A stretch of DNA of 38,159 nucleotides, from NCBI GenBank assembly GCA_964547605.1, contig CAZJOL010000003.1:1-38159 (forward strand). Reading direction: 5' to 3'. A program made the position numbers and the translations under genes. The first letter of the stretch is position 1; every line of letters begins with the position of its first letter. Below, one piece after another: positions 8,394 through 15,993 of this stretch. The DNA is from an uncultured Bacteroidaceae bacterium. Its GTDB lineage: Bacteria; Bacteroidota; Bacteroidia; Bacteroidales; DTU049. The notes under the pieces are model-generated. The model made no database searches, was not told the DNA's origin, and worked only from the letters and a program-made list of their open reading frames with translations.

Positions 8394-9041
8394 ATGATGG
8401 ATGATATTGAATTTCGATTACTGAAGCGCATTGCCGGTGGTGAGAGCCAGACGCTGGACTTTAAGTTTGCCGTGAACGACAGCCGCAAGATTGCACGGAG
8501 CATGTCGGCTTTTGCCAATACCGATGGAGGATCTTTGCTTATTGGCGTAAAGGACAATGGCAAACTGGCCGGAATCCGCAGCGAAGAAGAGATTTACATG
8601 GCCGAGGCCGCAGCTACCATGCACTGTCAGCCGGAAGTTTATTTCAACAGCATTCTATATCAGATTCAGGACAAGGAAATCCTTGAAATTATTATTCCGG
8701 AAATAGACAATGTTCTCACTTTGGCTCCGGATGAAAACGGGAATCACGTTGCCTATCTCCGCTACCGTGATGCAAATTATGTTGCCGGGCAAATCTATGA
8801 GCGGGTCTGGGCAAAGCGTAACCAGAAACACAGCACCCATCTGCGTATGGATGAATACCACAAGGCTATGCTGGAGCTGATGGAACGAAAAGGCTTCGTC
8901 TCACTCGACCAGGTCATGCAGGATCTCGGACTGAAAAGAGGCTTTGCGGCTTCTGTCATCGAACGGCTCATTCTGCTTGATGCTGTTGATTTTAAACTTA
9001 CCGAAAACGGAATGCACTATTGTCTGAAAGAGATTAAATGA
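8394..9041 (+). CDS. AlbA_2 (Schlafen-type) nucleic-acid-binding domain protein with a C-terminal wHTH-like tail
   Basis: ORF track. GESQTLDFKFAVNDSRKIARSMSAFANTDGGSLLIGVKDNGKLAGI matches the AlbA_2 core (E.EFK ... AFaNt.GG.l.iGV.D.G). The tail LELMERKGFVSLDQVMQDLGLKRGFAASVIERL looks like a winged helix. Confidence 0.7.
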   Translation: MMDDIEFRLLKRIAGGESQTLDFKFAVNDSRKIARSMSAFANTDGGSLLIGVKDNGKLAGIRSEEEIYMAEAAATMHCQPEVYFNSILYQIQDKEILEIIIPEIDNVLTLAPDENGNHVAYLRYRDANYVAGQIYERVWAKRNQKHSTHLRMDEYHKAMLELMERKGFVSLDQVMQDLGLKRGFAASVIERLILLDAVDFKLTENGMHYCLKEIK

Positions 9042-9105
9042 CCTTGTTCTTGTTCTTGACCTCGTCCTTGACCTTGACCTCGACCTCATCCTTGACCTCG
9101 ACCTC
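9040..9105. repeat. Degenerate hexamer array A, 11 x GACCTY-like
   Basis: GACCTT GTTCTT GTTCTT GACCTC GTCCTT GACCTT GACCTC GACCTC ATCCTT GACCTC GACCTC. It starts inside the stop codon of the upstream gene. Confidence 0.85.
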
Positions 9106-9221
9106 ATTTGCGGGTGCTGCGCGCGTTTTATTATCCCCGGGGCTTTGCCCACTGGCTATTATCTGCAGCGCTTTCAGCGCTTGTTGAACTTCGTAGCTTT
9201 TTTTATGCCTTTGGCACCTCA

Positions 9222-9257
9222 TGCCTTAACCTTAACCTCAACCTTAACCTTGACCTC
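9222..9257. repeat. Degenerate hexamer array B, 6 x RACCTY, same orientation as array A
   Basis: TGCCTT AACCTT AACCTC AACCTT AACCTT GACCTC. It is separated from array A by a 116-bp non-repetitive core that looks GC-richer. Confidence 0.85.
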
Positions 9258-9349
9258 ACTGACTACTCTAAATATGCTTTTCACCGGTCACAGACCTCAA
9301 CTCACCGTTTACGATTAACTGATAACTGCTAATTTTGTACTTTTGCATC

Positions 9350-9604
9350 ATGCTTACAACAATTCTTCTGGTCATATTAGGATTGTACCTTTTCTCCCAA
9401 ATCATGGTGCGATGGGTCATGCCATGGTTGCTGCACCGCTACATCACCCGCATGCAGGAACGCATGAATCCGGATGGCGCCCAGAAAAAAACACACCGTG
9501 ACGGAACCGAAGTCCACATACCACGAAAGCAGAAATCGAAATCAAGCCGTACCTACAGCAACGCCGAGTATGTAGATTTCGAAGACGTGGACGACGTAAA
9601 ATAG
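9350..9604 (+). CDS. DUF4834 family small membrane protein
   Basis: ORF track 9335..9604 (TTG); the ATG is at 9350. One N-terminal TM helix (MLTTILLVILGLYLFSQI), a basic linker, and an acidic tail EYVDFEDVDD typical of DUF4834. Confidence 0.75.
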   Translation: MLTTILLVILGLYLFSQIMVRWVMPWLLHRYITRMQERMNPDGAQKKTHRDGTEVHIPRKQKSKSSRTYSNAEYVDFEDVDDVK

Positions 9605-9629
9605 ACAATACGTTTATTGAAAAACAGCT

Positions 9630-9741
9630 TGTATTACTAATACATGTAAATATGTATTACAAATACAAATAAGTATGTATTAAAAAAACATAAAAACGTG
9701 TATTAGAAAAACAAAATATGTATCTTTGCAAAAATGTATTA
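9630..9741 (+). repeat. AT-rich direct-repeat array, TGTATTA core with 23-bp period (iteron/operator-like)
   Basis: TGTATTA occurs at 9630, 9653, 9676 and 9699 (exact 23-bp spacing). It occurs again as TGTATCT at 9719 and TGTATTA at 9735. The units align as TGTATTAcaAAtACAtaaAa. The array overlaps the promoter and start of the AAA+ gene. Confidence 0.8.
9721..9728 (+). promoter_or_regulatory. -7 box TATCTTTG for the AAA+/DUF4143 gene
   Basis: TAnnTTTG match 15 nt upstream of the ATG at 9744. The ORF-track TTG at 9726 is inside the box. Confidence 0.5.
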
Positions 9742-9743
9742 CG

Positions 9744-10943
9744 ATGTTATCACTGGCAGTGCTTCAATCCGTTATTGACGAAAACAATGCAACACAGGTG
9801 AAATCCAATACAATTGAGCGTGATGCTGAAATACAGCGGCCAAGCAGATTCGTAACGGTTATCACTGGAGTACGGCGTTGTGGAAAAAGCTTTTTACTCA
9901 GGCAGTCTATGTTGTCGGTAAAAAGGAAAATCTTTTTGAATTTTGAAGACATAAGACTGGATGGCTTTGTGTTTTCAGACTTCAATAAAGTCGAAAAAAT
10001 CGCCTTGGATGAGGGAATAAAATATCTTGTTTTTGACGAAATTCAAAGTATTGAGGGTTGGGAAAAATATGTTCGCTCGGCCCATGATAAAGGGTTTCAT
10101 ATTTATATTACAGGATCCAACGCATCTATGTTGAGTCGGGAATTGGGAACAAGACTCACCGGGCGTCATGTTCAAAAAGAATTGTTCCCGTTTAATTATA
10201 GTGAATTTCTTTCGCTTAGAAAAAAGAAGGGCAGTCCTTCAACGCTCAGGGAATATTTGTTCAATGGAGGTTTTCCGGAGTATTTGCTTGAAGCGAACAG
10301 TGAGTTCCTGCGAACTTTGCTGCGTGATATTGTGGTGAGGGATACCGCTGTCCGGCGTGGAATCCGTAATGAGCACACCCTGCTGCAGCTTGCGTTGTAT
10401 CTGATGAGCAACGTAGGTAAAGAAATCAGCTACAACAATCTGTCAAACACCCTTGAAATCAAGTCAGTCCGGACTACTATCGATTACTGCAACTATCTCA
10501 ATGAAAGTTATCTTTTCGATTTTGTTCCTTTGTTTTCTTTTTCCGCGCGAAAGCAAATGGCAAATCCGAAAAAAGCCTATTCGGTCGATACCGGCATGGC
10601 TCGTGCCAGCAGTCTCTCATTTAGTGAGGATGCCGGTCGGATGCTTGAAAATGCCGTTTACATCAAATTGCGACGTTCAGGAAACAATATTTTTTATTTC
10701 CGCGATTCGAGGTCGGAATGCGATTTTATAGTTAAGGAAAACGAAAGAGTTGTGGCAGCCATCCAGGTTTGTTCGGAACTGAATGATGACAATCTGAAAA
10801 GAGAAATCACCGGTCTGAAAACTGCGATGGAAATCACAAAAGCAAAAAAGGGCTATATCGTTTCCTTTGATCAGGAAGATGAGTTTGATGGCATCAGGGT
10901 TATTCCTGCCTGGAAGTGGCTACAGACGAAAATGGAAATTTAA
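9744..10943 (+). CDS. AAA+ ATPase (AAA_14-type) with a C-terminal DUF4143 domain
   Basis: ORF track 9726..10943. Walker A is GVRRCGKSFLL and Walker B is YLVFDEIQ. The C-terminus FYFRDSRSECDFIVKENERVVAAIQVC resembles the restriction-endonuclease-like core described for DUF4143. Confidence 0.8.
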   Translation: MLSLAVLQSVIDENNATQVKSNTIERDAEIQRPSRFVTVITGVRRCGKSFLLRQSMLSVKRKIFLNFEDIRLDGFVFSDFNKVEKIALDEGIKYLVFDEIQSIEGWEKYVRSAHDKGFHIYITGSNASMLSRELGTRLTGRHVQKELFPFNYSEFLSLRKKKGSPSTLREYLFNGGFPEYLLEANSEFLRTLLRDIVVRDTAVRRGIRNEHTLLQLALYLMSNVGKEISYNNLSNTLEIKSVRTTIDYCNYLNESYLFDFVPLFSFSARKQMANPKKAYSVDTGMARASSLSFSEDAGRMLENAVYIKLRRSGNNIFYFRDSRSECDFIVKENERVVAAIQVCSELNDDNLKREITGLKTAMEITKAKKGYIVSFDQEDEFDGIRVIPAWKWLQTKMEI

Positions 10944-10946
10944 TTT

Positions 10947-10988
10947 CATACATTTTGTATGACACAAAATGTATGACACATTTTGTGT
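10947..10988. terminator. Overlapping alternative hairpins between the convergent AAA+ gene and lipB
   Basis: CATACATTTTGT-ATGAC-ACAAAATGTATG forms a 12-bp stem. It overlaps ACACAAAATGT-ATGAC-ACATTTTGTGT, an 11-bp stem. The element carries TGTATGA twice, related to the upstream TGTATTA core. Confidence 0.6.
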
Positions 10989-11041
10989 TATGAAAAAAAT
11001 TGTCTTCCGGAAAAATTTACATAATGGCTCTAAGCCAGATT

Positions 11042-11719
11042 TCACGCCTGAATCAACCCCACAAACTTTTCATACACCAGCCGCTTCACCTGTTCCATAT
11101 CCTGTGGCGCGCCGAGTTCTTTCTCCATCGAGGTCACATCTTTATCGGTGAAGCCGCATGGATTGATGTGCTTGAAATACGACAGGTCTGAATTAATGTT
11201 AAGGGCAAATCCATGCATGGTCACAAAGCGGCTCACGCGAACACCGATGGCACATATTTTCCGGGCTTTGCCTGGGGTGAGAGAATCAATCCACACACCG
11301 GTGGCACCATCGAGACGTTCTGTTTTGATGCCGTATTCAGCCATGGCAAGAATGATTGCTTCTTCCATTAAATAAATGTAGCGTCGTACGGAAAGGTTTA
11401 GCTTGTCGAGATCAATGATAGGGTAGCCCACCATTTGTCCTGGGCCGTGATAGGTTATATCGCCGCCGCGGTTGGTGTGAATGAACTGCGCGTTTTTTGC
11501 CTGAAGCTGAATGTAGTTGAGCAACAGATTCTGCTCGTCGCCGCTTTTGCCCAGGGTGTATACATGCGGATGCTCAACGGCGAGAAACCAGCCTGCAAAA
11601 GGGTTTGATGAATAATCCGGATTTTTCCGCATTTCAATCAGTTCGTCCATGCGGGCTTGCTGAAAGTCCCATGCTGCCTGATATTCCATGTGGCCGATGT
11701 CGGTGTAATCGATTTGCAT
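11042..11719 (-). CDS. lipB: Octanoyltransferase (lipoyl(octanoyl) transferase)
   Basis: The ORF track (to 11788) runs into tRNA-Thr; the real start is MQIDYTDIGHMEYQAAWDFQ at 11719. RGGDITYHGPGQMVGYPI and KICAIGV are the LipB catalytic blocks. Confidence 0.9.
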   Translation of the reverse strand: MQIDYTDIGHMEYQAAWDFQQARMDELIEMRKNPDYSSNPFAGWFLAVEHPHVYTLGKSGDEQNLLLNYIQLQAKNAQFIHTNRGGDITYHGPGQMVGYPIIDLDKLNLSVRRYIYLMEEAIILAMAEYGIKTERLDGATGVWIDSLTPGKARKICAIGVRVSRFVTMHGFALNINSDLSYFKHINPCGFTDKDVTSMEKELGAPQDMEQVKRLVYEKFVGLIQA

Positions 11720-11746
11720 AAAACAAAAAAAGCTGCATGTGCAACT
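11720..11746 (-). terminator. Terminator-like hairpin plus U-tract between tRNA-Thr and the lipB start codon
   Basis: On the reverse strand, AGUUGC-ACAU-GCAGCU forms a 6-bp stem with one GU. It is followed by UUUUUUUGUUUU, which runs directly into the lipB ATG. Confidence 0.45.
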
Positions 11747-11752
11747 TCGTTG

Positions 11753-11825
11753 AGCCACTAATGGGACTCGAACCCACGACCTGCTCATTACGAATGAGCT
11801 GCTCTACCAACTGAGCTAAAGTGGC
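11753..11825 (-). tRNA. tRNA-Thr (anticodon CGU), 73 nt
   Basis: Hand-folded cloverleaf: acceptor GCCACTT/TAGTGGC, D arm GCTC-AGTTGGT-AGAGC, anticodon arm GCTCA-TTCGTAA-TGAGC, T arm GTGGG-TTCGAGT-CCCAT. No encoded CCA. Confidence 0.9.
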
Positions 11826-11834
11826 GAGAAAAAG

Positions 11835-11907
11835 TCGGGATGACTGGACTCGAACCAGCGGCCTCTTCGTCCCGAACGAAGCACGCTACCAACTGCGCTA
11901 CATCCCG
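11835..11907 (-). tRNA. tRNA-Pro (anticodon CGG), 73 nt
   Basis: Acceptor CGGGATG/CATCCCG, anticodon arm CTTCG-TTCGGGA-CGAAG, T arm GCTGG-TTCGAGT-CCAGT. It lies 9 nt upstream of tRNA-Thr. Confidence 0.9.
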
Positions 11908-11916
11908 ATGGGGGTG

Positions 11917-11924
11917 CAAAGGTA
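11917..11924 (-). promoter_or_regulatory. -7 box TACCTTTG (reverse strand) for the tRNA-Pro/tRNA-Thr unit
   Basis: Perfect TAnnTTTG ending 9 nt upstream of the tRNA-Pro 5' end. Confidence 0.6.
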
Positions 11925-12420
11925 CAACTTTTTTTGAATAATGAACACCGAATAATGAACATGGAAGTAAGAAGTTAATTGAAAGGAGTTTATACTTTTT
12001 CGTTACAATTGTTACACGTTACAAACGTTGCAAAGAGTTTTCAGTCTGGCGCGGCGGATCAGTAATCAGCCATCAGCTCTGAGCAGGAGCTGGGTGTTTT
12101 ATGTGGCGATGATGCGATACGACGATGATGCGAATTAGATATGTGAAAATGAGCGGCTCACGTGAAACGTGACAGGTTTGCCGATGTGGAAATGTGAAAG
12201 CACGAGATTTTTTCGCATAATCGCATTAACGCCAAACGCAGTGATAGAACGAAACCAAGCCATGCTCTATGCCCCCTTGCGCTATGCGTTGTGAATCGTG
12301 CCGCCTGCCCAGGGTTTATCCCGACGAAGGCGGGACCGCAAGCCGCATGTATTTCAAAAGCTAACAAAGGGCGGTTAACAATCTGGCGCAAACGATATTT
12401 GTTAATTCAATAAGTTTTCA

Positions 12421-12428
12421 TACTTTTA
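12421..12428 (+). promoter_or_regulatory. -7-like box TACTTTTA upstream of the DUF151 nuclease gene
   Basis: 7 of 8 match to TAnnTTTG, 14 nt upstream of the ATG at 12443. Confidence 0.35.
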
Positions 12429-12442
12429 TCCGGATTTTCTGT

Positions 12443-13030
12443 ATGGAAAAAGTTGAACTCGAAATCAGCGGCATCAGTTACAGCTACTCTCAGAGTGGTG
12501 CCTACACGCTTATACTGTCCGAATCGGGCGGCAGGCGAAAGCTGCCTATTATTATCGGGCAGTTCGAAGCTCAGAGCATTGCCATTGAAATGGAGAAGAT
12601 GAAACCAACACGCCCGCTTACGCACGATCTGTTCCGTAGTCTGGCGCTGTCGTTCAACATCAAGCTCAACGAGGTTTTCATCCATAAATTTGAAGAAGGG
12701 GTTTTTCACAGTATGCTGGTCTTTGAGAAAGACAACCAGATTCACACACTCGATTCACGCACGAGCGATGCCGTTGCACTGGCAATCCGCTTCAATTGCC
12801 CGATTTATACCAGTGAGGAAATCCTGAACGAAGTGGGTGTCATTTTCGATGAACAGGCTCCGGATTCAATTGAAGAGGAATCAGAGGAAAAGGAGACCCC
12901 CGCAAGTTCTGCATCAGGCCTTGCTTCTCTATCGCTCGATGAGCTCGAATCCATGCTGGCTGAAGCCGTCGAGAATGAGGATTATGAGCTTGCATCGCAG
13001 ATCCGTGATGAAATAAACCGTAGAAAATAA
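12443..13030 (+). CDS. Bifunctional nuclease (DUF151) family protein with a C-terminal UVR motif
   Basis: LPIIIGQFEAQSIAIEME and RPLTHDL are DUF151 hallmarks. The tail LDELESMLAEAVENEDYELASQIRDEINRR is a UvrB/UvrC-type UVR helix. Confidence 0.85.
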   Translation: MEKVELEISGISYSYSQSGAYTLILSESGGRRKLPIIIGQFEAQSIAIEMEKMKPTRPLTHDLFRSLALSFNIKLNEVFIHKFEEGVFHSMLVFEKDNQIHTLDSRTSDAVALAIRFNCPIYTSEEILNEVGVIFDEQAPDSIEEESEEKETPASSASGLASLSLDELESMLAEAVENEDYELASQIRDEINRRK

Positions 13031-13048
13031 TCACAAAATATTTTGACT

Positions 13049-14326
13049 ATGAATTTGAAGGTGAAACTTTCGGTCATGAATTTTTTCCAGTTTTTCGTTT
13101 GGGGCGCATGGATGATGACTCTGGCGAAATATGCTTTTGGCGTAAAACATTGGGATGGGGGAGAATTCGGAATAATATTTTCCACAATGGGGTTTGCATC
13201 ATTGATCACACCAGCATTGTTTGGGATAATTGCAGATAAATGGGTTAAATCAAACATCTTATTCGGCACCCTTCATTTCCTTTTTGCCGTGGTTTTGTGT
13301 TTTTTACCATTGGTAGATAATGCCTGGACATTTTTTTTTATGTTGTTACTTGCAATGTGCTTTTATATGCCGACTATTGCATTAAACAATTCTATTGGAT
13401 TTGAACTTCTTGTAAGAGAGGGAAAGAACCCCCAACGCGATTTTCCCGCTATTCGCGTTTGGGGAACCATTGGATTCATTGCTGCTATGTGGATTACGAA
13501 TTTCGTATTTATTGCAATTCCTGACATTTATACAATTAAATATTTTGCTGGGTATAGTTTTCTTATAGGTGCCTTTGGTGCAGTATTACTCTCAGTGTTT
13601 ACGTTTATTGCTATCCCTGAAATCAAACCAGAGAATAAGCTTAAGGATTCAAAAAAGCTTGTCGACAGGCTCGGGTTACAGGCCTTTGCTTTGTTTAAAG
13701 ACTACAAAATGGCTTTGTTCTTTATTTTTAGTATTTTGTTGGGCGCCGCTCTGCAATTGACTAATGCTTACGGAGACGAATTTATAGGAAGTGTCGATCA
13801 CTGGTTCACAAAAGAATACAGTACAATTATTTTGTCAGTTTCTCAGATATCAGAGACTTTGTTTATTCTTTCGATTCCTTTTTTCATGCGCCGATTTGGC
13901 ATTAAAAAGGTTATGCTATTCAGTATGCTGGCGTGGACATTAAGATTTGGTTTGTTTGGTGTTGCAGGGCCATCAACACTTGGTATAGTGGCAATATTTG
14001 CGTCATGTATTATTTATGGAATGGCTTTCGATTTTTTCAATATTTCAGGTGCTTTATTTGTTGAGAATACGACTAGTGAAAAAATCCGAAATTCGGCACA
14101 AGGCGTCTTTATGATGATGACAAATGGTGTTGGTGCTGTTGCAGGAAATATTACCGCAGGCTATCTAATAAAATTCTATTATACTGATTCTTCCGGAGTG
14201 CGCGACTGGGCTGGAATCTGGATGCTCTTCGCTTCTTATGCTTTGGTTGTAGCAATTTTGTTTGCAGTTTTGTTTCGATATAAACACAACCCTTCTGATA
14301 CAAAACTTAAACATTTTGCTCATTAA
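13049..14326 (+). CDS. MFS nucleoside:H+ symporter (NupG/XapB-type nucleoside permease)
   Basis: ORF track 13043 (TTG); the ATG is at 13049. MNLKVKLSVMNFFQFFVWGAWMMTL is the characteristic N-terminus. About 12 TM segments. Confidence 0.8.
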   Translation: MNLKVKLSVMNFFQFFVWGAWMMTLAKYAFGVKHWDGGEFGIIFSTMGFASLITPALFGIIADKWVKSNILFGTLHFLFAVVLCFLPLVDNAWTFFFMLLLAMCFYMPTIALNNSIGFELLVREGKNPQRDFPAIRVWGTIGFIAAMWITNFVFIAIPDIYTIKYFAGYSFLIGAFGAVLLSVFTFIAIPEIKPENKLKDSKKLVDRLGLQAFALFKDYKMALFFIFSILLGAALQLTNAYGDEFIGSVDHWFTKEYSTIILSVSQISETLFILSIPFFMRRFGIKKVMLFSMLAWTLRFGLFGVAGPSTLGIVAIFASCIIYGMAFDFFNISGALFVENTTSEKIRNSAQGVFMMMTNGVGAVAGNITAGYLIKFYYTDSSGVRDWAGIWMLFASYALVVAILFAVLFRYKHNPSDTKLKHFAH

Positions 14327-14347
14327 TGTAATTATTGAAAGTCAATC

Positions 14348-15190
14348 ATGAAGACACATAAAACACGACAGCAAATTCAAATGACAATTTCCGTCGTGTT
14401 TTTTATGATATTTTCTTTTATCATTTCAATGATTTCTCAAGGTCAGACGGGCACCAGGTTTTCAGGTGTTGCTTCTTATTATGGGGTTCCTTTTCATGGT
14501 CGTGCTACTGCCAGCGGAGAAATATTTTCAATGGATTCGATGACCGCTGCGCATAAACAACTGGCGTTCGGAACACTGGTCAGAGTGACCAACCGCAGCA
14601 ATGGAAAATCATGTGTGGTGAAAATCAATGACCGCGGCCCTTTCATTGCCGGCCGCATGATTGATCTGAGTAAAGCTGCCGCTGACACACTTGATTTTAT
14701 TGCACAGGGACTTGTTACCGTTGATTGTGAAATCATAGGTGTGGCATCAATCAACAGGCCATTGCTGGCTTCAACAGCAGTTAAAAATGATAAAGCTAAA
14801 ACAGATAAAGAAGCTGTCAAAGAAGTCAAATTGCAAGATAGCACTGCTACGAAAACGGCAGCAGCGAATACAACCAGATATGTTCCGCGTGAAGCTGTGA
14901 AATTTGTGGCGTCAAGCCCGGATTCAACAACATTCTATTCGGTTCAGCTGGGTAGCTTCGGGATGCAGCAAAACGCAGAAGCGTTGTTGAAAAAAGTGGA
15001 AGGAAAATATCCTGATGCGCGTATGATGCAGGCCGAAGTGTATGGAAAAATCTGGTTCCGTGTGCTTTGCGGCAAATACCCGACCATTGATGAAGCTACA
15101 AAATTGAAAAACTCGTTAATCAAAACGTACCCGCAGAGTTTTTTGGTTAAATTTGAACACGCGGAACAAAACACAGAAACAACGGAGTAA
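14348..15190 (+). CDS. rlpA: RlpA-family septal-ring lytic transglycosylase with a C-terminal SPOR domain
   Basis: DPBB block [19 protein letters not shown]...[23 protein letters not shown]-like C-terminus [19 protein letters not shown]...WFRVLCGKY. Confidence 0.85.
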   Translation: MKTHKTRQQIQMTISVVFFMIFSFIISMISQGQTGTRFSGVASYYGVPFHGRATASGEIFSMDSMTAAHKQLAFGTLVRVTNRSNGKSCVVKINDRGPFIAGRMIDLSKAAADTLDFIAQGLVTVDCEIIGVASINRPLLASTAVKNDKAKTDKEAVKEVKLQDSTATKTAAANTTRYVPREAVKFVASSPDSTTFYSVQLGSFGMQQNAEALLKKVEGKYPDARMMQAEVYGKIWFRVLCGKYPTIDEATKLKNSLIKTYPQSFLVKFEHAEQNTETTE

Positions 15191-15984
15191 TGAAACAATA
15201 CCATGATTTGATGCGGCATGTGCTTGAAAACGGCGTGAAGAAAACAGATCGCACGGGAACCGGCACTGTGAGCGTGTTTGGATATCAGATGCGGTTTAAT
15301 CTTCAGGATGGATTTCCATTATTGACGACAAAAAAACTGCACACAAAAAGTATATTGCACGAACTGTTGTGGTTCCTGAAAGGAGAAACCAACATTCAGT
15401 ATCTGAAAGAAAACGGCGTGTCGATCTGGGATGAATGGGCCGACGAAAACGGAAATCTCGGACCGGTGTACGGCTCGCAATGGCGCAGCTGGAAAGGCAG
15501 CGAAGGACAGACCATCGATCAGATTTCGGAGTTGATTGATCAGATTAAAAAGACTCCCGATTCACGCAGATTGATTGTGAGCGCATGGAATGTGGCCGAT
15601 GTTCCGAATATGAAATTACCCCCTTGCCATTTGCTTTTTCAGTTTTATGTGGCAAACGGCAAACTCTCATGTCAGCTCTATCAGCGCAGTGCAGACATTT
15701 TTCTTGGTGTCCCGTTTAACATTGCATCGTATGCATTTCTGGTGCACATGGTGGCTCAGGCGACTGATTTGCAGGTGGGCGATTTTGTACATACCTTCGG
15801 CGATGCGCATCTGTATCTGAATCATATCGAGCAGGCAAAACTGCAGCTAAGCCGCGATTGCAGGCCGCTTCCGAAACTTGAAATCAATCCGGAAGTAAAA
15901 AACATTTTTGATTTCAAATACGAAGATTTTTCCATTACCGGCTACGACCCGCATCCACACATCAAAGCGGTGGTAGCTGTTTAA
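15190..15984 (+). CDS. thyA: Thymidylate synthase
   Basis: [26 protein letters not shown]..., catalytic [11 protein letters not shown], and [16 protein letters not shown]. The start overlaps the rlpA stop (TAATG). Confidence 0.97.
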   Translation: MKQYHDLMRHVLENGVKKTDRTGTGTVSVFGYQMRFNLQDGFPLLTTKKLHTKSILHELLWFLKGETNIQYLKENGVSIWDEWADENGNLGPVYGSQWRSWKGSEGQTIDQISELIDQIKKTPDSRRLIVSAWNVADVPNMKLPPCHLLFQFYVANGKLSCQLYQRSADIFLGVPFNIASYAFLVHMVAQATDLQVGDFVHTFGDAHLYLNHIEQAKLQLSRDCRPLPKLEINPEVKNIFDFKYEDFSITGYDPHPHIKAVVAV

Positions 15985-15993
15985 ATTTTTTGT

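Noticed and set aside
8901-9332. Track ORFs 8901-9152(-), 9034-9222(-) and 9108-9332(+) with RSRSRT, EVEVKDEVEVKVK and LNLNLNLD repeats
   Set aside because: The repeat peptides are the three reading phases of the hexamer arrays. The ORFs overlap each other and the end of the AlbA_2 gene, and lack promoter boxes. They are most likely non-coding.
9338-9345. TACTTTTG box as the promoter of the DUF4834 gene
   Set aside because: The box ends only 4 nt before the ATG at 9350, too close for the usual spacing unless the mRNA is leaderless, so I did not list it as a feature.
11720-11788. N-terminal extension of the lipB ORF (MSRSWVRVPLVAQRS...) and the analogous extension of tig at 35931-35996 (MGVRVPSSAQ...)
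   Set aside because: Both extensions are translations of tRNA genes (tRNA-Thr and tRNA-Leu). The family-typical N-termini begin at the internal ATGs 11719 and 35930.
12043-12055. 13-nt identity AGTCTGGCGCGGC with part of tRNA-Leu (36018-36030), suggesting a tRNA fragment
   Set aside because: By a rough estimate, tens of 13-mer matches are expected by chance within a 38-kb window on two strands, and the identity does not extend.
12312-12337. Reverse-strand GGTCCCGCCTTCGTCGGGATAAACCC resembles a type I-E CRISPR repeat (short stem followed by GGGATAAACC)
   Set aside because: It is a single copy. No second repeat, spacer periodicity or cas genes occur in the window, so the resemblance is probably coincidental.
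11753-12442. Integrated mobile element or genomic island at the tRNA-Pro/tRNA-Thr locus
   Set aside because: No integrase, excisionase or transposase is present, and I could find no duplicated tRNA 3' segment (att-like direct repeat). The long spacer lies on the 5' (promoter) side of the tRNAs, not the usual 3' integration side.
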